Part shown: positions 56,283 to 64,000 of the stretch, one piece after another
Numbering within the stretch: position 1 is the stretch's first letter
Layout: the number at the start of each line of letters is the position of its first letter
NCBI GenBank assembly: GCA_002269645.1
Contig: NIVC01000406.1
Span: 322,724 to 386,723 of the forward strand
Origin: Macrostomum lignano
Taxonomy: Eukaryota
Direction: 5' to 3'
DNA length: 64,000 bases
Made by a program: the position numbers and the translations under genes
Notes under the pieces: model-generated
What the model was told of the DNA's origin: nothing
What the model saw: the letters and a program-made list of their open reading frames with translations, nothing else
Databases searched by the model: none

Positions 56283-57571
56283 ATGCATCCATTTGCCATC
56301 ACGAACAAGCTAGTGCAGCTTAATGGTCACCTATGCCGTCAGTTGTGCAGTCAAACTCTCGGTCTCATCGCTGCTCACACTGTAGTCTGCAGGGAACATT
56401 TTACACCAGAGCTGGCGTTGCGCCTCATCACTCCAGAGTGCTCACTTTTCTATGCCAGACCTGGCGAGTCCAGCAGCTTCTCTGAGCTGCCATTCAGCGA
56501 CCCATTCTGGGGATTTTACTGGCCAGGGGGCCAGGCTCTCGCCCGCCACCTGCTAGACAACCCTGGCCGGGTGCGCGGCCGCAGAGTCATCGACGTCGGA
56601 TGCGGCTGCGGCGCAGCAGGCATCGCTGCTCTGATGGCTGGCGCTGCGTCCGTGATTTTTAACGACATTGACCAGGGTAGGGAGGTGGCATAGGCGGGGA
56701 TCGGGAAATGGAAACGCCAAGTTTGCTACAAAAAGCGATATGAGTCTTCGACATTACTTGACTACTAATAGTAATAAACGATTGTAAAATTTAAAATTCA
56801 GTTCACGTGTAGGATTTTATGATTTGTCTCAAAATAAAATTCTATCTAGCTAAGGTCTTAGTTTTTGTCGTGCCTAATAGTTGCCAAAAAACTTTCCAAG
56901 TCTTTGAGATTGCTTACGAATACGAATTATTATTGACATGAGCATGGGGAGCAGAGAACGAGCTTGTGATCACGTGATAAAATATAGGGTTAGGGTTAGG
57001 ATTAGGGTTCACAGTTTTTAAATAACGATTAACCAAAACTCCAACTCTGACAAAGACTCACTCAAGCATTCTTTAACTTTTTCCCATTCCCGCCATCGCC
57101 AGTCGCGCTGGAAGCGACCCGGCTCAACTTGAGCATCAACCAGCTCGATCACGCAGACGGTGCTATCGCAGCAACAGGACAGCGCGTTCAGTTTGTTTCC
57201 GACGACTTGATTGGCCAGTGGCCGCCGCTGTGCACCGCAAACGAGCAGCCGCAGGTGATGCTGATCGGAGACTTGTTCTACTCCGAGGAGGCCGCCGCCC
57301 GTCTCGCCGACTGGGCTCTGAAGGCAGCGGCTGGCGGCAGACCTCGAGGGTCTGCAGCGGCCGAAGTGCTGGTTGGCGATCCTGTCCTGGTCGCTACTAT
57401 TTTCGGTTGGCAGCTGAGCGGGCCAACCTGCGCCTGCTGGCCAGGTACTGCCTGCCCAGCGAGTTCATGTACGAGGCCGGGCCGGGGACCGGGGCAGTGG
57501 GAGTCTACGCGACAATGCCGAAGGCTGCGGATACTAACGGAGCTCGGCCTGAGTTGGGGACTATTGATTAG
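56283..57571 (+). CDS. ETFBKMT: ETF-beta lysine methyltransferase (METTL20 family) with an apparent frameshift; possible pseudogene
   Basis: Exon 1 56283-56676 (DPFWGFYWPGGQALARHLLDNP, VIDVGCGCGA, FNDID) and exon 2 57103-57571 (ALEATRLN, IGDLFY, VLVGDP). The homology continues as GRYYF...LARYCLP only after removing 5 nt at 57384-57388. Confidence 0.85.
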
Positions 57572-60220
57572 ACTTTGACATAGCAATCGCTTGTTGATAA
57601 AGTCTTGCGCATTTTAATAAAACTTTAGAATTGTTTTTCATACGAGAAAATTGATTGCAATTACCGGTTTATCGTATGCTTGTCAGATGCAAAAGTGCAT
57701 TCCAGAAAGATCATGCCAGGTTGTTTTTCATTTGTCTAAGTATAGCTTTAAGATGATAGTGGCAGAGGCAGAATCCGAAAATCTGACGATGCTTCAGTGC
57801 CAGGTGCACGGGAAATAAATTAAAAGGTTTGCTAAATTGGTGCTCTGCAATTGTAAACATGGTTGTCAGAGCTATCGTACATTGCTTTATTTCACCTCGA
57901 AGCTAATCGGATTGCATAGGTGTTAAAAAAATGCTGAGTCTTGACCCGGATGAGCGGTTGGATTCAAGGCAAGAGTCTGAAGAGCCGGAATGATGACGTT
58001 GGTTATAGCATATTGGAGACATTGTGTAGCAATGAATCATTCGAGCGTATTTGGTGGAATCTACGACAATTACCCTCACCCTGTCCTATGACCCAATAGC
58101 TTTAACCTACATTGTCGAAATTTATGCAGCTTGCACCTGGCGATTTTCTCTACGTTGGTAAGCAAGCGACGCTGATCTTGCGAGCGAGCTGGAAGAGTTC
58201 GAGTTTCTTGCATGTCAGAGTCCAATCAGTCAGAGAGCATCCTTGATTCGCAGTGAAATTCCAGTTAAAATTCTCGCAATGTCGCCGCATGGAGGTGCTG
58301 ATAATTCGCCACTGAGAATTTCCCACCACGCCCCGGCTATCGGGGTTAATTGCTCATTTGGAATTTTTCGCAGTTAATTGGGCAGATGCATTCGTAATTC
58401 TAGCGTCTCCCTGATTGATGGGCCCAGCTGATGCCAGACCATGCGTGCACCCGCTCTGTCCCCGTGAAGTGTTGATGCGGTGGAGCAGTTGAATAACTTC
58501 TAGCCATGTTATTGCCGCTGTGCACTTCTTTCTATTATATATTGTACTTGCAATTATGCAAATAAATTCTAGCACAAATTCTTTAGCATAAAATTCATAC
58601 GCTGTTTGGTATATCTAGTTGCATTAATATTGAACCAATTGTGACAAACAACTGCGCGCTGCCTTCAAGATTGCCAATGATAGTCATTATAACGCTTCCC
58701 TTTGTCTCTGCCGGCCTGCTGACGTCGTCGTCGTGATCCGGAACGAAAACCTGTCAGAAACCTGCCAAAGCACCAAATCGCCTTTTTTATAACAATCAGC
58801 CAACGAGGTCACTCCAGTGGCGTCCCATCTCGGGCAGAGCAGCCAGGTCTTTGTCGTCGGGTTGTCCACATTCGTCGCAGTCGGAAGTAGGATCGAGGCT
58901 CCCCCAATCCAAGGACTACTAAGTAGAAGAACAGGAAACTACTTTTTGGGAAACTTTTCGGAGGCAGGTTCCACCGAAATTTTATCATTCCTTTTCATCA
59001 TGCTTAGCATTTTGATTTTAGGCACTTGAAATGTAATTAGGATTTATAAAAATTAACACAGAATCCTAATTTTCTAATCGAAAACAATAGCAAAAATCTC
59101 TACTTTGACAAGACTTTTACTCGTTTCTATAGACCTTGAGAGATGCCCCGTGACACTGCTGATCAGTGTCACAGACTGTTGGTCAAAGGCTCCATTTGCC
59201 CTTCTGCATATTTCAATTCAAAGGGCGGCGCCTCTCGACTGTTTGTCGGCATGTTTTCGTACATCAAAGGTCTTACTCATGCATTTTTTAAGTTCCAACA
59301 TCAAAGGCATCAATGAATTTTGCTCTAGCCGATCGGACTTGAAGTGTCACGACGATAATATCGAAGGCTGGAACTCACTGAAGCATCTGGCATAATATGA
59401 CGTACATGTAACGGTATTTGAAATGGAATCCAGAAATGAAATGGAGGCAACAAAGCCTCCCCAACAAACATCCAGTATTTTCTTGCTTGTATTTTCCGTA
59501 CTTGTTTTCGGCAGTCCAAGGCGTGACTCAGAATGTAATACACAGCCCATCAAATGCAACTGCTCAACATGAAAATAGTCGCCTTTTAAATGGTAAACAT
59601 CTCATCAATGGTTTGCAAAACGAACCACATTAGATCAAAAGAACTTTCATTTACCTCAGTGATCCGCTCCTCCTTGTTTACGAGTACCAGTTCGAACTTC
59701 TTGCCTCAAATCCAGTTAACCTGTACATAATCGCTGCAGTTTCCCGCGCAGACGGACGGCAGATATGATTAAGAGCTCCATAATTTGATAAATCAAAGTG
59801 GACCCCAACCGGCTAACTGGATCGCTTTGATGGGTGCACTGATTAGCACACTCAGTCTGAGCCTGCACTGCGGTTTAGCTAGTGTTGGAATTAATTCCTT
59901 CCGCTGTACCAGCTCCGCTCGCGTCTGTCCCGTTTCGCCACAAAGCGAGATCTTATAATTAAGAATTTTGCGGCAAACTAACTGCATCTTCTTGAGCGAA
60001 CAACTAATTCGTCTTCATCGACCGAGGCGATTCGGCGGCCAGAGAGACCAGCCAAAGTACATGGGCCTTTGGGGAAATGTATTGTTGATGACAGGCACGT
60101 GTCATTGCATTTTCAAGACAAATTTCTCTACATCATCCACCACAGTTAAGGCGTTCCATAGCATTGAATCAGCTATACCCGTCTGAGGTAAACTGTACAT
60201 TCTGCACTGGCCTTCGCAAG

Positions 60221-60221
60221 C

Positions 60222-60318
<97 letters not shown>
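60221..60318. repeat. (CAGA)n microsatellite
   Basis: Directly visible. Confidence 0.97.
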
Positions 60319-60320
<2 letters not shown>

Positions 60321-60652
60321 GTGACAGGGGAAACGGGAGCACCCCAACCGAGCTGCATCGTATAGCGCACGCATGCCGACTGCACTGAAGCATTGGAGCC
60401 TCAGCCAATTGGATTCAGCCGCATTAATCCCCTGGCGGACCCTGCCTGGAAGCCCCCATTATAATTACGAACACCCTGCTCCACGCAAACTCGGGTGAAG
60501 ACTGAAGGACTTGGAGTGTCAGCCCAAACCTGCCGCATAACCACGCCGCTCGAACTGTGCGGGCGCCCGCTTTTTCATCGTCGAATCTGACAACCTGTAA
60601 GTGCCATCCAACTCACAAAGGAAACTGTCAGCAAAGCAGTCCTTATTAAGAA

Positions 60653-63042
60653 ATGGTAAGTGCAATCAGTGAGATTCTCAGTGAATTTCTGTGCACAGCA
60701 AAATAATTTGATTACTAGTTGAGTAAAATATCTTTTCTCAGGTTAAACGCCGCGTAAACATTCGAGCCCAATCCAAAATACCGACTATCATAACATTTAC
60801 CTCGTAGAAAGCATGTTGACGTGAATCAAGCTATTTAAATTATCCGTCTTCCCTTTGATGTGTATTTCTTAGAAAAATAAGCCCGGCCTTCCAGACTTGA
60901 GCAGGTGGATCGGTTTATCTCACTGCTGTGAGCAGCTGATTTGCAAACGGGTCGAGTGCTCTTGAGCTCGGATTTCATTACAGCTGCCTGCCTCTTACCC
61001 CCCCCCCCTGTTTGTTGAATTCCAGTACGGACACATTCACGTCTGCTTCAAGGAGATGATGCTGGAGCAGCCGTCTAAGAACGCATGGAAGAAGATAGTG
61101 TGAGTCTCAGTTTGCGCTCACGAATCACTAGATTAGACTGTCAAATCTTGCCTTTGTGTTGTAAATTTTGTGCTTTGCACGAGCTTCGTTTGCCGTCGCT
61201 GAGGCGAGAAATTTTTATTAAATTTATATTTTTTATTTCACTGCTCAGGACGGCCTGTTCGCTGGATGAGGGTCGCGACTTTCTTATCTTCCACAACTAT
61301 CCGGATCAGCTGTTCTACAAGATGGTGGAGGCTGCTCAGACTGAGCTCAGTGAGGCTGGGTGGTTCCGCGCTTGTTTGAATTTGGAAATCGACTTGCTAA
61401 TCAATATTTACAAGCTGTAGCTAAAAAAATCGATGTCGTAGCGATGTCCCAACTAGACCTCTGTGGTGTAGGATGGAGCGTAGCGATGTCCAACTAGACC
61501 TCTGTGGTGTAGGAAGAAGCGTAGCGATGTCCCAACTAGACCTCTGTGGTGTAGGATGGAGCGTAGCGATGTCCCAACTAGACCTTTGTGGTGTAGGATG
61601 AAGCGTAGCGATGTCCCAACTAGACCTCTGTGGTGTAGGACAGGGCGTAGCGATGTCCCAACTAGACCTCTGTGGTGTAGAACAGGGCGTAGCGATGTCC
61701 CAACTAGACCTCTGTGGTGTATGGCGGGGCGTAGCGATGTCCCAACTAGACCTTTGTGGTGTAGGATGAAGCGTAGCGATGTCCCAACTAGACCTCTGTG
61801 GTGTAGGACAGGGCGTAGCGATGTCCCAACTAGACCTCTGTGGTGTAGAACAGGGCGTAGCGATGTCCCAACTAGACCTCTGTGGTGTATGGCGGGGCGT
61901 AGCGATGTCCCAACTAGACCTTTGTGGTGTAGGATGGAGCGTAGCGATGTCCCAACTGGACCTCTGTGGTGCAGGGCAGAGCATAGCGTAGCGATGTCCC
62001 AACTGGACCTCTGTGGTGCAGGGCAGAGCATAGCGTAGCGATGCTTCAACGAAGACCTTCCTCGAAGATCGTGTATCGCTGCCGTATTAGCCTCCGAAGT
62101 GCCGATTGGGTCTAGCAATGAGAAACAAATGTATTGCGAACCACTACTTTTATTTGCGCTAAGTAAACGCTATGCATTGCAGACAAGACCAAAGACGAAA
62201 TGTACGAGATGTTCGGCAGTCACTTCTTCAAGTACTTCAAGAAGCATGGCTACGATAAAATGATTTACACTCTGGGCCAGGACCTGAAGAAGTTCATCCA
62301 GAACCTCGACTCGCTGCACGACTACCTGCAAATCGACAACAAGAGCATGGTCCCGCCTTCGTTCAGGTCAGTCTTGAGGGCGGTTTTAGCTAATCTTAGA
62401 TAAGGATCCTCTAGAGGTAATGGTGACGTGACTGCTGCGTGTTGAGGCTCGCGCGTCGCGGAGACGGCTTGTCTGTCTCACTTCCTCAAAGACACATGAC
62501 AGTCAGCATTGAGGCGTCGAGCTTCCGGTTCCGGGTTTAGGATGTCCGCTGTATTTGTCCCAGTGGGACAGGTGGAGCAAACGAGGTTTGAGCCGGAAGG
62601 TAGCTGTCCCAAGGGGTCAGTGTCGCATTCAATTAACCATTTTGAAGATGGCAGTCCCAAAACTCCTGTTTCGTTACTGACCAGTTTCGACGGATGTCCC
62701 TCCGACTTGGCGGTTTGATGAAGGCAGCGTCAAAATTCTCTGATGCTGGGTGAAGCTGCTTTTTTATTATTTCTAGGTGAAGAAATCCAACGGAATTTAT
62801 TTATCTGGTTCATTTAGCTACGAAGGAACTCCGGGCATCGAGTAGCATTCTTTGAAGCCCAATGCTGCCCTTGCAGACACCTGCGCTTATTTGATTGTCC
62901 ACAAAATGCACCCTGCATGTTGTTGAAAGTTTGACAATTTTGAAGACCTCCGGAACCGTTTTCAGCTGCAACTACGAAGACTCTGGAGAGTTCATCTTGC
63001 ACTATTATAGCGCCCGGGCCGGGCTGGAGAGCTGGATTAAAG
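60653..63042 (+). CDS. Soluble guanylyl cyclase beta-like subunit, 5' partial (H-NOX domain); continues beyond the window
   Basis: Exons 60653-60655 (ATG only), 61026-61099, 61249-61349, 62183-62366 and 62966-63042. Motifs MYGHIH, YPDQLFYKMVEAA, FG..FF..F...GYDKMI, NLDSLHDYL (haem His), PPSF and LHYYSAR (YxSxR). The ATG-only, 74-nt and 101-nt exons match the sGC-beta gene structure as I recall it. Confidence 0.88.
61437..62040. repeat. 42-bp minisatellite in sGC intron, ~14 copies
   Basis: Unit gtagcgatgtcccaactagacctctgtggtgtaggatggagc. Confidence 0.95.
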
Positions 63043-63279
63043 GTGAGAGTGGATCTATAATGAGATTTTATTATTATTGAAACACATGAAAACAATTTTG
63101 CGCTCTATTTAACCTTCAAGTGCGCATCGCTCCTGCTAATGAGATTAGATGTTGGCAGCGTTCAGCTTCCAAATTGATTTAGTCAAACACCTGAGGCCCA
63201 GCTTACTTATTCCCCAGAAGTGGCAAAAGATTCTCCTTCGGTGAAGTTTTCTAGTTTATTTTTTCCTGACCAACTTCAA

Positions 63280-64000
63280 TCATTCGGCCCAGAATCTGGT
63301 CCGTAATCGCTCATAATCCATTGAAACTGCGGCTCGATGGGCTTGCTTAGAGACGACGAGGGGACCGTAGGGAGAGACCGTTTCCCCCGGGCTTCGGAGA
63401 CTGCCTGTCATCAATGCTAAATAAGGGAAATTTGGACAGTGCTTTGGAAACTACTTTCTGCTCACTGCTCCCTCATAATCCTCCAGCAAGCCAAAGAAAC
63501 CGGCAGGTAGTCGGCGAACTCATTAGTGCATTCGGACCGAGTCCCGTCCCGGGCACTCCTCAGGTCAGCCCGTTCCCCGTATTTTAATTAATTTACCCCT
63601 TCATCGGCTTTGTCTTGCTGAGGCTGCTGCTGCTGCTGCTGCTGGATGCGAGCTCGGCTGGTCTGGCCAGCTTACCCGAGGCCTGGGTGCGCAGCGACGC
63701 GTTGCGTAGCCCTCTCAGGATGTAGCTCGTAGTCTCGAAGTTTCGATAGATTCTTTTCGCTAGAAGGCTATAGCCCCCGAGCCCAGTGCTGAAATGCGCA
63801 TACTTTTTCCTGTCGACATGTAGCATAGCCTGGAAATCAGGGCGTAGGAGTGCCAAACAGGAGTCAATTAAATTGATGGTCTTTTTTGGGACACCAGTTG
63901 AATTCACACAGACGCTTTGTCGTCAGGCCCCCCATACATGTAAAGTTTCCGTTAAGATAACGGAAGTCTGGAAACCTTGTCCGCTCTCCGGGGAACAAAA
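63280..64000 (-). CDS. 3' end of an unidentified gene, antisense within the sGC intron
   Basis: Three phase-compatible exons (>=64000-63938, 63829-63676, 63416-63280), a stop TGA at 63282-63280 and AATAAA at 63260-63255. No recognised family. Confidence 0.5.

Noticed and set aside
57600-60200. Scattered exon-like segments on both strands (e.g. MLQCQ|LAPGDFLYV; KKFELVLVNKEERITE)
   Set aside because: I could not build a phase-consistent model or recognise a family; needs RNA-seq.
63593-63907. SGNH/GDSL esterase reading of the minus-strand ORF
   Set aside because: The DxxH spacing is wrong (DRKKYAH) and splice signals explain the ORF better as an internal exon of an unknown gene.

Overview
Eukaryotic (metazoan) genomic DNA. 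Short GC-rich exons sit in introns filled with micro- and minisatellites. This style best fits a free-living flatworm such as Macrostomum (inference from composition only). I assembled gene models by hand from splice sites and phases. They are: an intronless mucin-like type I membrane protein (+); a 3-exon N-myristoylated protein built from four ~120-aa repeats (-); an 8-exon calpain-5/6 (TRA-3)-type protein lacking all three catalytic residues (+); a 2-exon alpha-arrestin of the ARRD-17 type (+); an 8-exon compact ADAMTS-like metalloprotease with two GC-AG introns (-); two tandem 6-exon CRAL-TRIO paralogues (+); mitochondrial S18C (-); an ETF-beta lysine methyltransferase with a 5-bp frameshifting duplication (+); the H-NOX 5' part of a soluble guanylyl cyclase (+); and the 3' end of an unknown gene nested antisense in its intron. 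Mobile DNA comprises tRNA-headed SINEs (one with a MIR/CORE-like domain), a 371-bp MITE with 35-bp TIRs and an 8-bp TSD, and a decayed mariner transposase. The most striking signal is the mariner remnant: its lesions are almost all C:G->T:A transitions on both strands, including non-CpG (CpA) sites, resembling fungal RIP. Other notable items are minisatellites that amplify splice signals and an inverted minisatellite pair bracketing the arrestin start exon. Most long entries in the ORF track are repeat artefacts. All coordinates and counts were read by eye; no database searches were run.
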